DNA of 64,000 nt from Planctomycetota bacterium. GTDB lineage: Bacteria; Planctomycetota; Planctomycetia; Pirellulales; UBA1268. Position numbers and translations under genes: made by a program. The stretch lies in contig QWPN01000032.1 in NCBI GenBank assembly GCA_003671185.1, forward strand, positions 15,805-79,804, written 5' to 3'. Shown piece by piece: positions 17,899-26,805 of the stretch. Position 1 is the stretch's first letter; the number at the start of each line of letters is the position of its first letter. Below the pieces are notes generated by a model that searched no databases, had not been told where the DNA came from, and saw only the letters and a program-made list of their open reading frames with translations.

Positions 17899-18609
17899 TT
17901 ACTTTCCTGCTGCCGGTGCAGAAGGCGGCGGGAACTGCACCGTGCGGGCCACCGTGGTCGATAGCATAGCGAGCGGCACGTCCAGCATGCCGGCCACGTC
18001 GTTGGGCACGCGCCACGCGAGCACCACGCCCAGATCCTGCCGTGGTGCCGCGAGCACCCAGATCTGGCAGGCCCCGTCCCATTTTTTCAGTTCCGGGTTA
18101 CCGACCACCTGGCTCTCGAAGACCTGCTTGCCCTCCAACACCAGCCTGCTCCAGGCGGCGGGCTCACCGTTCCCGTCGGTCACCGTCACCTTCTCCCAAC
18201 GCGGCTTGGCGGCCGCGAAGGCCTCGTCGGCCACGACCTGGGTGAGGATCGACTTCTCGACGTCGGCTTGTTTGCCGCGCCACACGCCGATCGACAGTCC
18301 GGCGGACAGCCGCAGGTTCTTGATCTGAAGCCACGCCTCGTGGGCGGCGACGAAACCTGGAAAATCCTTGACGAACGGCGGCTTGATCCGGCTGGCATCG
18401 GCGTCGTCCGGCACCGGCGCGGCGAACTGCCGTGGCAACCGCAGCCGCAGACGGTCGTCGGCGAAGCCCGTGGGCTCGGCGGCCAGACAGGCGAAATCGG
18501 CTTCGTGGCGGTACGCCTTCAGCCGCTCGGCGTAATCGACGTCGTACCGAGACGCCGAGCAACCGCCCAGAAGCGTCAGGACGAGGATCACGGCGGCGCG
18601 GAAGATCAT
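17899..18609 (-). CDS. Hypothetical lipoprotein
   Basis: Signal peptide with a lipobox (MIFRAAVILVLTLLGGC-SAS). No recognisable domain. Confidence 0.6.
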   Translation of the reverse strand: MIFRAAVILVLTLLGGCSASRYDVDYAERLKAYRHEADFACLAAEPTGFADDRLRLRLPRQFAAPVPDDADASRIKPPFVKDFPGFVAAHEAWLQIKNLRLSAGLSIGVWRGKQADVEKSILTQVVADEAFAAAKPRWEKVTVTDGNGEPAAWSRLVLEGKQVFESQVVGNPELKKWDGACQIWVLAAPRQDLGVVLAWRVPNDVAGMLDVPLAMLSTTVARTVQFPPPSAPAAGK

Positions 18610-18880
18610 GACGTGGGCTCCAGCCTCAACCGGGCACGGCGGAATACCGCCTCATCGCAGCGATTGTGCGGAATTTAGCGGCCGGTCAAGCCGCCCGAAA
18701 AAACCCCGCCAGCGGACACAACTCCCTACACGGCAACCCCTTCCGCATCCCCCCTGTTTCGCCAGTCCTTTTTTTCTCACCCGAACAGCCCGCGCTGCCG
18801 ATTTCACTGTAGGCGAACGGGAGTTCGCGCGGCCGGTCCACCGGCCGTCGGTTTCCACCGGGCAATGGAGTGCCACTGAC

Positions 18881-19321
18881 ATGCGCATCACCACCAGCCG
18901 ATTCGGCCGCATCGACGTCGATACCGACGACATCCTGCGGTTTCCCAGCGGTTTGCCGGGACTGGAGGACTGTCGAGAATGGGCCCTGCTCGCCGACGCG
19001 TCGAACGACGCCCTCGGTTGGCTGCAGAGCACGAACCGCGGCGATGTCGCCCTAGCGGTGGTCAGCCCGCGGCGCTTCGTGCCCGACTACCAGGTGCGAA
19101 TTCCACGAAGTGAACTGTCGCCGCTCGCCATCAGCGACATGCGGCAGGCACAGGTGGTGGTCGTCGTCGGCACGAACGGAAAGTCCCTCACCCTCAATTT
19201 GAAAGCGCCGATCGTCATCAACCTCGAAACCCGCACGGGCCGTCAAGTCGTCGCCAGCGGCGAGCTGCCCCTGCAGTATGAACTCACGACCGAACGACCG
19301 CCTCTGAAAAAGAGTGCATAA
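18881..19321 (+). CDS. fliW: Flagellar assembly factor FliW (CsrA antagonist)
   Basis: ATG at 18881 within ORF 18608..19321. The sequence RITTSRFGRIDVDTDDILRFPSGLPGLEDCREWALL...NLKAPIVIN is the FliW signature. It sits directly upstream of csrA, as in Bacillus. Confidence 0.85.
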   Translation: MRITTSRFGRIDVDTDDILRFPSGLPGLEDCREWALLADASNDALGWLQSTNRGDVALAVVSPRRFVPDYQVRIPRSELSPLAISDMRQAQVVVVVGTNGKSLTLNLKAPIVINLETRTGRQVVASGELPLQYELTTERPPLKKSA

Positions 19322-19382
19322 TCAAGGGTGACCGCCGGCGCAGGATCGCCGCGGCCCCGCCGGGATCAGGAAGGAACCAGCG

Positions 19383-19640
19383 ATGCTCGTGCTCTCCAGA
19401 CAACGTGACGAAAGCATCATGATCGGCGACAATATCGTCGTCACGATCGTGGATATCCGGGGAGACAAGGTCCGGCTGGGCATCAACGCGCCTTCGGAGG
19501 TCCCGGTGCACCGCCAGGAGGTGTACGAGGCGATCCAGCGGGAGAACCTGCGGGCCACACGTCTGGAGCCAGGCGACACGCAGGACATCGGCAAGTTTGC
19601 CAACCGGGGGCCCCAGCGGCCCAACGATCGGCCGCGCTGA
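19383..19640 (+). CDS. csrA: Carbon storage regulator CsrA (copy 1, FliW-linked)
   Basis: MLVLSRQRDESIMIGDNIVVTIVDIRGDKVRLGINAPSEVPVHRQEVYEAI. The leader carries four GGA motifs, including the SD AGGAAGGAA. Confidence 0.95.
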   Translation: MLVLSRQRDESIMIGDNIVVTIVDIRGDKVRLGINAPSEVPVHRQEVYEAIQRENLRATRLEPGDTQDIGKFANRGPQRPNDRPR

Positions 19641-19760
19641 ACCACCCCGGGGCGGAAATCGGCTGCATGGCCGGGCAACCGCCCCCTCGTCAGGCCGGGC
19701 GGGGAGCCTGCCCGTGGGCGGCACACTCCCCACGCCACCGGCAGCCGCTATCATCCCGTC

Positions 19761-20636
19761 ATGAGCACCGCATCCAGCCGGGCCACACACACCATCCGTG
19801 TCGGCCACAGTCCAGATCCGGACGACGCGTTCATGTTCTACGCGCTCGCCGCGGACAAGATCGACACCGGTCCCTACCGTTTCGTCCACGAACTCGTCGA
19901 TATCGAGACGCTCAACCGCCGGGCATTTGCCGGGGAACTCGAGCTCACGGCGCTCAGCATCCACGCCTACGCCCATCTCGCCGACACGTACGTTCTCTGC
20001 CCCTGCGGCGCGAGTATGGGAGACGGCTACGGGCCGATCGTGGTCGCCAAGCGTCCGCTCACGAAGGACGAAACCGCGGCGTCCGTGATCGCCGTGCCCG
20101 GCACGCTGACGAGCGCCTTCCTGTCGCTTTCGCTGTGGCTCGGCCGGCCGTTCCAGCACGTGGTCGTGCCCTTTGACCGGATCCTCGACGTGGTGGAGGC
20201 GGGCCAATTCGAGGGCCACAAAGTCGACGCGGGCTTGGTGATCCACGAGGGCCAACTCACCTACCGCGAACAGGGACTCGACCTCGTCGTGGACCTTGGC
20301 GTGTGGTGGAAGGATCGCCACGGCCTGCCGCTGCCGCTGGGCGCCAACGGTATCCGCCGTGACCTCGGGCACGAGGTGATCCGAGACGTCACGCGGCTGC
20401 TGTCGGAAAGCATCAACTGGGGGCTCGACCATCGCCAGGAGTCGCTGGCCTACGCCGGCAAGTGGGGCCGCAACCTCGACGCCGCGCGCACCGACACCTT
20501 CGTGGGCATGTACGTCAACGACTGGACCCGCGACTTCGGGACCCCCGGTCGAGCGTCGGTGCAACTGTTCCTCGACGAGGCCCATGACGCCGGCCTGATC
20601 CCGCGAAAGATCAGTCCCGAATTCGTGTCGGGTTGA
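19761..20636 (+). CDS. MqnA/MqnD-family (futalosine-pathway menaquinone biosynthesis) periplasmic-binding-fold protein
   Basis: N-terminus IRVGHSPDPDDAFMFYAL and overall length fit the MqnA/MqnD family. The specific step cannot be assigned by eye. Confidence 0.65.
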   Translation: MSTASSRATHTIRVGHSPDPDDAFMFYALAADKIDTGPYRFVHELVDIETLNRRAFAGELELTALSIHAYAHLADTYVLCPCGASMGDGYGPIVVAKRPLTKDETAASVIAVPGTLTSAFLSLSLWLGRPFQHVVVPFDRILDVVEAGQFEGHKVDAGLVIHEGQLTYREQGLDLVVDLGVWWKDRHGLPLPLGANGIRRDLGHEVIRDVTRLLSESINWGLDHRQESLAYAGKWGRNLDAARTDTFVGMYVNDWTRDFGTPGRASVQLFLDEAHDAGLIPRKISPEFVSG

Positions 20637-20655
20637 TCACCGGCGCGGGATCCGA

Positions 20656-21237
20656 TCACGGGCTGAAGTACGACGGGTGGTTGCCGGCCTTCCACTTGAT
20701 GTTGCAGCCCAGGCTGGGGATTTGTTCCGCCGCCGGCGCGGCACCTGACAGCAGCCCGTCGATCGCCGTCCGCAGGTCGTCGCCCGTCACCGGAATCCCG
20801 CTGCCCGGCCGACTGGCGTCGAGTTGTCCGCGGTACACGAGCTTCCGGCCCGCATCGAACAGGTAGAAGTCGGGCGTGCAGGCAGCGTGGTAGGCCTTCG
20901 CCACATCCTGGGTCTCGTCGTAGACGTAGGGGAACGGATAGCCCCGCGACTCCGCCTCGTGCACCATCTGCTCGGGCGAATCGGCAGGGTGACTGGAGAC
21001 GTCGTTGGAACTGACGGCCGCGAACCCGATGCCCCGGGGCATGTAGTCCCGGCCCAGGGCGGCCAGATGATCGGCGACGTGCTTCACGAACGGGCAGTGG
21101 TTGCAGATGAACATGATGACGGTGCCCTTGGGGCCGGCGGCATCGGCGAAGGTGATGCTGCGGCCGTCGACGTTGGGCAGCTCGAAGTCGGGGGCAGCGG
21201 TGCCCAAGGGCAACATCGTGGAGGGGGTGCGTACCAT
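20656..21237 (-). CDS. Thioredoxin-fold redoxin (AhpC/TSA-like, CxxC = CNHC)
   Basis: ATG at 21237 within ORF 20656..21399. Sequence features: LPLGTAAPDFELPNVDG...IMFICNHCPFVKH and C-terminal LGCNIKW. Confidence 0.75.
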   Translation of the reverse strand: MVRTPSTMLPLGTAAPDFELPNVDGRSITFADAAGPKGTVIMFICNHCPFVKHVADHLAALGRDYMPRGIGFAAVSSNDVSSHPADSPEQMVHEAESRGYPFPYVYDETQDVAKAYHAACTPDFYLFDAGRKLVYRGQLDASRPGSGIPVTGDDLRTAIDGLLSGAAPAAEQIPSLGCNIKWKAGNHPSYFSP

Positions 21238-21410
21238 GCAGGCGAGCTCCGGGGGCTTCAGATTTTGCCATCGTACCCGCCGCGCGGGGCAGGGAAAGCC
21301 TCTCGGTTGGTTCGGGGTCGCCCATGCCCCGTCGCCGGACGTTCGCTCCGGCCCTCCGGGCCTCCACTCTCTCGGAGCTGCCTGCGCTCCGGCATCCATG
21401 CCTGCGCTGG

Positions 21411-22136
21411 TCAGCTACGCCGGCTCCCGGGGCATGGGCACCCCCTCACAGATCCGTCGTTTGATCGCATCATCCATACCGCGTACCCCATCAGACCCAG
21501 GCAGACGAGGTGGAAGAGATTGAGCGGCCCGAGCACCGGGGCATAGGGCTTGAGAAACTCCCAGCAGAATCGCTGCGCCGCGTACCAGAGCACCATCAGG
21601 TAGAAGCCGTTTCGCAGGAAGAAGGGGTCGCGACGGGCGAGCATGACGAGGGCAGAGACGAGGAACGCCGCCATCGCGGCCGATTCGTAAATCTGCACCG
21701 GATGGCGGGGCACGCCGTCGCCGAAATCGTGGCCCCAGGGGACCGCGGTCAGTGCACCGTGGGTGTGATCCGTGAGCCCCGAAAGGAAGCAGCCCCAGCG
21801 ACCGATCATGACGGTCGTGCAGAAGGCGGGAACGAAGATGATGCCGGTCGAGCCCGTGATGCCGCGAGCCCGCTTGAAGATCTCGATCGCCACGATCGCG
21901 CCGGCAAGAGCCCCGACGATGCTCCGGGCCACGCCGGCTTCACTCGAGAGCCAGAGGTTCGCGGTGCCAGCGGCATAGCCCCCGAGGACCGCCCCGATCA
22001 CGAGCGCGCAGGCGTAGCCGAAACCCGCCTGGTCGATCCGCGTCGCCGCATCGCGGAGCCGCCAGAAGAAGCAGCCCACGGTCATGACCGCCGCGGCCGT
22101 GGCGGCGGCGATGTCGAACCAGGCGTGGACGTTCAC
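21411..22136 (-). CDS. lgt: Prolipoprotein diacylglyceryl transferase
   Basis: Polytopic membrane protein with MIGRWGCFLSGLTDHTHG and PRHPVQIYES motifs. The GTG start at 22136 forms a GTGA overlap with the upstream small ORF; the tracked N-terminal extension to 22307 looks like noise. Confidence 0.85.
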   Translation of the reverse strand: MNVHAWFDIAAATAAAVMTVGCFFWRLRDAATRIDQAGFGYACALVIGAVLGGYAAGTANLWLSSEAGVARSIVGALAGAIVAIEIFKRARGITGSTGIIFVPAFCTTVMIGRWGCFLSGLTDHTHGALTAVPWGHDFGDGVPRHPVQIYESAAMAAFLVSALVMLARRDPFFLRNGFYLMVLWYAAQRFCWEFLKPYAPVLGPLNLFHLVCLGLMGYAVWMMRSNDGSVRGCPCPGSRRS

Positions 22137-22369
22137 GAGTCGCGTGCGTCCGCGGAGCCGTCTGGCGGTCGAACAGGGCCGCGGAAGAGCCGGTAGGCCG
22201 CCCAGAGCAGCACCGCGGCCAAGCCGACGTTCACAGCGATCAGCCACACGATCCCCGCATCGGGCAAGCCCTCCCGGAGCACCGCGATCGTCCACCCGCC
22301 CGCACAACCGCCGAAGACAAGACCGAACAGGGCCAAGAACGTTCCGAGAATGACGGCGAGGATTCTCAT
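22133..22369 (-). CDS. Small two-TM membrane protein (78 aa)
   Basis: MRILAVILGTFLALFGLVFGGCAGGW...VWLIAVNVGLAAVLLWAAY. It is translationally coupled (GTGA) to lgt. Confidence 0.45.
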   Translation of the reverse strand: MRILAVILGTFLALFGLVFGGCAGGWTIAVLREGLPDAGIVWLIAVNVGLAAVLLWAAYRLFRGPVRPPDGSADARDS

Positions 22370-22418
22370 GGTGTCCCCTGGTTGGACTATCGAACGAACT
22401 GAAAGCCGTCGGGGTCGC

Positions 22419-23831
22419 TCATCGCCCCTCCAGCGACCGCCGCATCCGAGCCCGGGCGGCCGCGTCGCGGTAGAACAGGTTATAGGTCTCGAAAGGGATG
22501 ATTTTTTCGTCCGGCGTCACGAAGTGGATGCACGACCGCTTCACGCGGCCGAGGCAGAAGTTGTGGGCATCCATGAACTCCACGATCACCACGCGGAACG
22601 TGTCCTCGTAGCCAAGGCCCGCGGGCAGTGGCACCTCCGGCAGGCAGCAGAGGAGTTCGGCCAGCTTCTGCTCGTTGTTGCACTCGGCCGTGGCGAGTGA
22701 GAAGAACTCGAGTACCCGGCGATGCAGGTCGGGGTATTTCTCGAACGTGATCGCGTTGGGCAGCGTCTCGACGAGCAACTCCCGCGGGAAGAACGAGGTC
22801 ACCGGGGCAATCCGCGACCCTTTCCGCAGGGCGTAGCCGATGGCGATGCTCTCCGGGTTGCAGGGCAGCGGGATGATGTCGCCCGGACCGAACGGGCCGC
22901 CGGAGCCGACGATCCGCCGCCTGATCGCCGACAGGGGAAACCGATCTCGCGACGGATCAAAACCCTCGTTGCGGCCGGCGTCCTGGATGGGCTGGAAGAC
23001 GACGCCGCGGACGCACCGCCACTGGAGCGCGTGGTCGATGATCGCCGGAAGCTCGTCGTCGTTCACGCCCTGCTTGACCACGACGACGAGCGTCGTGGAA
23101 ATGCCGGCCCGCTCCAGCGCCTCGAGGGCCTGCCGCCGGATCCGCGTCAGGTCGGCACCCCGCAGGTTCAGGTGGGCCTCCGGCCGCAGCGAGTCGAATT
23201 GCAGGTAGACCTCGAAGCCGGGGCGAAGTTCGGCGAGCCGGCGGACAAACTCGGGGTCCTCGGCGATGCGGATCCCGTTGGTGTTGAGCATCACGTGGCG
23301 GATCGGCCGCCGCTTGGCCGCGGCCAGGATCTCGAGGATCTCTGGGTGGATCGTCGGCTCCCCGCCGGAAATCTGCAGCAGGTCGGGCTCCCCTTCGCTC
23401 CGCACAAGCGCGTCCATCATCCGCTCGATCTCGGCGAGCGGCCGATGCAGGGACCGCTGCGGCGAGGAGTCGGAGAAGCAGACCGGGCAGGAGAGGTTGC
23501 AGGCCTCGTTGACGTCGATGAGGGCCAGGCAGGAGTGCTGCTCGTGGTCGGGGCAGAGCCCGCAGTCGTAGGGGCAGCCCCGCTCGGTGTGCGTCTGGAG
23601 CACGAGCGGCCGGTCGCCGGGCTTGAGGTAGTCGTGGCAGAGCCGCCAGTAGGCGGCGTCGGTGGAGACGAGCACCTTCCGCGGCCCATGGGCCCGGCAG
23701 CGCTTGAGATAGTAGACCCGCTCCTCCTCGATCACGATCTTGGCCGGCACGAGCGCGAGGCACTCGTCGCACAATGACGTCGTCTGCCCGAAAAAGACGT
23801 ACGGCGTCTGCCTGCGGACGGTCACTGACAT
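22419..23831 (-). CDS. Radical SAM enzyme with N-terminal Zn-ribbon/Cys cluster (MJ0619/Tes-like architecture)
   Basis: ATG at 23831. Sequence SLCDECL...ERGCPYDCGLCPDHEQHSCLALIDVNEACNLSCPVCF contains the radical SAM CxxxCxxC cluster, followed by GGEPT. The protein is 470 aa. Confidence 0.85.
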   Translation of the reverse strand: MSVTVRRQTPYVFFGQTTSLCDECLALVPAKIVIEEERVYYLKRCRAHGPRKVLVSTDAAYWRLCHDYLKPGDRPLVLQTHTERGCPYDCGLCPDHEQHSCLALIDVNEACNLSCPVCFSDSSPQRSLHRPLAEIERMMDALVRSEGEPDLLQISGGEPTIHPEILEILAAAKRRPIRHVMLNTNGIRIAEDPEFVRRLAELRPGFEVYLQFDSLRPEAHLNLRGADLTRIRRQALEALERAGISTTLVVVVKQGVNDDELPAIIDHALQWRCVRGVVFQPIQDAGRNEGFDPSRDRFPLSAIRRRIVGSGGPFGPGDIIPLPCNPESIAIGYALRKGSRIAPVTSFFPRELLVETLPNAITFEKYPDLHRRVLEFFSLATAECNNEQKLAELLCCLPEVPLPAGLGYEDTFRVVIVEFMDAHNFCLGRVKRSCIHFVTPDEKIIPFETYNLFYRDAAARARMRRSLEGR

Positions 23832-23879
23832 GCAGCCTCCCCGGCCCGGGAGCATAGCCGGTGCGGGGCGATCCCGGAT

Positions 23880-24650
23880 TCAGATGCCGAACAGACGGCG
23901 GGCGTTGGCGGTGGTCGCCGCCGCCAACGCCTCCAGTGGCTCTTCCCGGGCCAGCGCCAGGCAACCGGCCGTGTGCACGACGTGCGCCGGCTCGTTGCGT
24001 TTGCCGCGCAGCGGCTCGGGCGACAGGAACGGGCTGTCGGTCTCGACGAGGAGCCGGTCGAGCGGAACGGTCTTAGCCACCTCGCGCAGGTCGGCACCCG
24101 ACCGGAACGTGACCATGCCCGCAAAGCCCAGGTGACAGCCGAGGTCGGCCGCCTCCGCCGCCTCCAACGCCGTGCCCGTGAACGAATGCAGGACGGCGCG
24201 GAGCGGCCCGCGGGACGAAGCCTCGCGAATCATGTCCAGGACGTCGCGAATGCTTTCCCGGGTGTGGATCACGACCGGCAGCGAGTGCCGCTGCGCGAGC
24301 CTGAGATGGCGATCGAAAAACTCGCGCTGCAGGTCTGCCGGCGCCGTCGTGCGATACCAGTCGAGGCCCGTCTCGCCGATGGCGGCCACACGGCCTTCCC
24401 TCGCCAGCCGCTCAATTCTTTCCCATTCACCGGGCTCGGCGTCGGCCACGTCGTTGGGGTGAAGGCCGGCCGCGGCGACAAGTCCCGGTTCGCGCGCGGC
24501 CAGGTCCGCGGCGGCCTCGCTATCTGCGGCCCGCGTACCGATCACCGCCATCCGCGTCACGCCGGCGGCCCGGGCCCGCGCCAGCACGTCGGGCAGCTCC
24601 GCCCCGAACCGCATGGGGTCGAGGTGGCAATGGCTGTCGAAATACTCCAT
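23880..24650 (-). CDS. tatD: TatD-family metal-dependent hydrolase/DNase
   Basis: N-terminus MEYFDSHCHLD, then IGETGLDWY, VVIHTRE, HSFTG and ETDSPFL. Confidence 0.9.
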   Translation of the reverse strand: MEYFDSHCHLDPMRFGAELPDVLARARAAGVTRMAVIGTRAADSEAAADLAAREPGLVAAAGLHPNDVADAEPGEWERIERLAREGRVAAIGETGLDWYRTTAPADLQREFFDRHLRLAQRHSLPVVIHTRESIRDVLDMIREASSRGPLRAVLHSFTGTALEAAEAADLGCHLGFAGMVTFRSGADLREVAKTVPLDRLLVETDSPFLSPEPLRGKRNEPAHVVHTAGCLALAREEPLEALAAATTANARRLFGI

Positions 24651-24653
24651 GGC

Positions 24654-25133
24654 TCAGGACGCCGCGGCTGGCGCCGCCGACACCGCACCTGACGGAGCGG
24701 TTCCCAGAAGGCCGGCCCGCGACCTGGCCACCAGTTGCTCGAGCGCGTCGGCATGACGCCTGGCCGAGTGCACCGCCTCGATCGCGAGTTCGGCGGCCGC
24801 CGCATCATCCGCGGCGTTGGCGGCCAGCGCGTCACACTCGGCCGCCTGCGCCCGCAGCCGATCGATGACCCGCGACATCAGGTAACCAAGGTCGAGATCG
24901 TGCCAGGCCGTGTAGGACAGTGGATAGGCCACCCGGGGCAGGTTCACCCCACGATCCTCGAGAATCGCGGCCGCCCGGGCCGACAGGCTCTTCTGATCGC
25001 CCACCAGATCGGCCAGCGCCACTTTCAAGCCCTCGTCGCCGGGATAGGACCAGATGCCGGACTCGGCCAGATACATGGCCGGCGACGACTCCAGCGTTTG
25101 CAGCACACGCACCAGCAGGTCGGTCTTGGCCAT
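24654..25133 (-). CDS. Hypothetical protein (159 aa), packed between nuoN and tatD
   Basis: GAGGAA SD upstream of ATG 25133. The gap to the nuoN stop is 12 bp and the gap to the tatD start is 3 bp. No recognisable domain. Confidence 0.55.
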   Translation of the reverse strand: MAKTDLLVRVLQTLESSPAMYLAESGIWSYPGDEGLKVALADLVGDQKSLSARAAAILEDRGVNLPRVAYPLSYTAWHDLDLGYLMSRVIDRLRAQAAECDALAANAADDAAAAELAIEAVHSARRHADALEQLVARSRAGLLGTAPSGAVSAAPAAAS

Positions 25134-25145
25134 GGTGAGATTTCC

Positions 25146-26786
25146 TCAGGACGCAATCCGACCGGCCAACTGTGCGAAGGCGTAGAGTCCGGACCAGAAC
25201 ACGCCCAGTACGACGATCGGCAACGCCAGAGCCGCCACCAGTCCGCCCGACAGCCAGACCGGCGCATTGGCATCGATGAAGCGGTCGGCCGGAGGTGGGT
25301 CGAACGTCATCACCTTGAGCACCCGCAGGTAGTAGAACAGGCTGATCACGGTGTTGACGCCACCCACCACGAGCAGGGCCAGCAGCAGCGACCGGACCGC
25401 GGGGCTGGCGGCGCCCGACGAGATGGCCTGTGCCAGCGAGGAGAACACGAGGAACTTGCCGACGAAACCGGCGAGCGGTGGCAGACCGATCAGGCTCACG
25501 AGCACCACTGCCGTGGCCACCACGAGGCCCGGGCTGCTGCGCACGAGCCCCGCGTAGGCGGAGATCTCCTCGCTGCGCAGCCGGTTCCGCAGCACGGCAA
25601 CGATGGCGAACGCCGCCAGGTTCATGAACAGGTAGGTGCCCAGGTAGAAGGCCAGCGCGCTGACGGCGTCCCGGGCCTGCCCTGGGGCCACTCCCATCAT
25701 CGCCACCGCAGCCGCCACACCCATCATCAGGTAGCCGGCGTGTGCGATCGTCGAGTAGGCGAGCATGCGCTTCATGTTCGTCTGGCCGTAGGCGGCCAGG
25801 TTGCCCAGCGTGCAGGTCGCGGCCGCCATCAGCGCCACGACCACGAGCATGAAGAAGCGGACGTCGGCCAGCCCCTCGCCGCCGGGCCCCGCGGCCAGCG
25901 TGCCCAGGCCGAACGCCAGCCGCACCACCAGGGCCACGGCGGCCGCCTTGCTGGCCACCGACAGGAACGCCCCCACCTCGGCCGCCGCTCCCTCGAACAC
26001 GTCCGGGCACCAGAAGTGAAACGGCACGGCGGAGAGCTTGAACGCCAGGCCCACGGCCACCATCAGGCCGCCCAGCACGAGCACCATCGTGGTCCCCTGA
26101 TCGGCGCCGACCACCCGGGACAGTTCGGCGGCCATGCTCGGCAGATGGCAGGTGCCGAGCACGCCGGCCAGCAGGCTGATGCCGTACAGCATCACGCCGG
26201 CCGCGCCGGCACCGTAGACGGCGTACTTGAGAGCGGCCTCGGAACTCGCCTTGCGCCCCTTCAGCATCCCCGCCAGCGCGTAACTCGGCACGCTCGCCAT
26301 CTCCACCGCCATGAACACCATCAGCAGGTGATTGGCGGAGGCCATCAGGCACATGCCCAAGGCGGCCCCGAGTACGAGCGTGTAGAAGTCCGCACCATCC
26401 TCACGATCGGGAATTCCCGACACTTTGGTGAACGGGATGTAGAGGAGAAGGAAGCCCGTGAGCAACAACCGGATGATGGCGGTCAAGGCGTCAAACACGA
26501 GCAGGCCACCGAACAACTCCTGCCGCCCCGGCACAGCGTCGGCCCCCGGCCATCCGGACAGCGGCAGGCCGGTCGCATCGCACCACGCGTACCAGAAGGC
26601 GAAGGCCACGCCCCCCAGCGCCACGAGTCCGGAATCAAGCCAGCGCAGCACCGGCAGCATCCGGCAGAGCAGCACGAGCACCACCGTCGCCGCCAGCGCC
26701 GCTTCGGCACGAAACAGCGGCAGCGACACCCTGAGCGTGTCATCGATCGTGCCGGCGACGAGTGATCCGAGTTCCATGGGCTGCAT
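25146..26786 (-). CDS. nuoN: NADH-quinone oxidoreductase subunit N
   Basis: 546-aa polytopic antiporter-like subunit and the last member of the L-M-N series (FKLSAVPFHFWCPDVFEGAA, MLAYSTIAHAGY). Confidence 0.9.
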   Translation of the reverse strand: MQPMELGSLVAGTIDDTLRVSLPLFRAEAALAATVVLVLLCRMLPVLRWLDSGLVALGGVAFAFWYAWCDATGLPLSGWPGADAVPGRQELFGGLLVFDALTAIIRLLLTGFLLLYIPFTKVSGIPDREDGADFYTLVLGAALGMCLMASANHLLMVFMAVEMASVPSYALAGMLKGRKASSEAALKYAVYGAGAAGVMLYGISLLAGVLGTCHLPSMAAELSRVVGADQGTTMVLVLGGLMVAVGLAFKLSAVPFHFWCPDVFEGAAAEVGAFLSVASKAAAVALVVRLAFGLGTLAAGPGGEGLADVRFFMLVVVALMAAATCTLGNLAAYGQTNMKRMLAYSTIAHAGYLMMGVAAAVAMMGVAPGQARDAVSALAFYLGTYLFMNLAAFAIVAVLRNRLRSEEISAYAGLVRSSPGLVVATAVVLVSLIGLPPLAGFVGKFLVFSSLAQAISSGAASPAVRSLLLALLVVGGVNTVISLFYYLRVLKVMTFDPPPADRFIDANAPVWLSGGLVAALALPIVVLGVFWSGLYAFAQLAGRIAS

Positions 26787-26805
26787 CAGCGGGGGCGGCT
26801 CCGGT

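Noticed and set aside
18806-18813. GCCGATTT upstream of fliW was considered as a sigma28 (FliA) -10 element.
   Set aside because: No TAAA-like -35 lies at the required ~15-nt spacing, and the match to GCCGATAA is partial.
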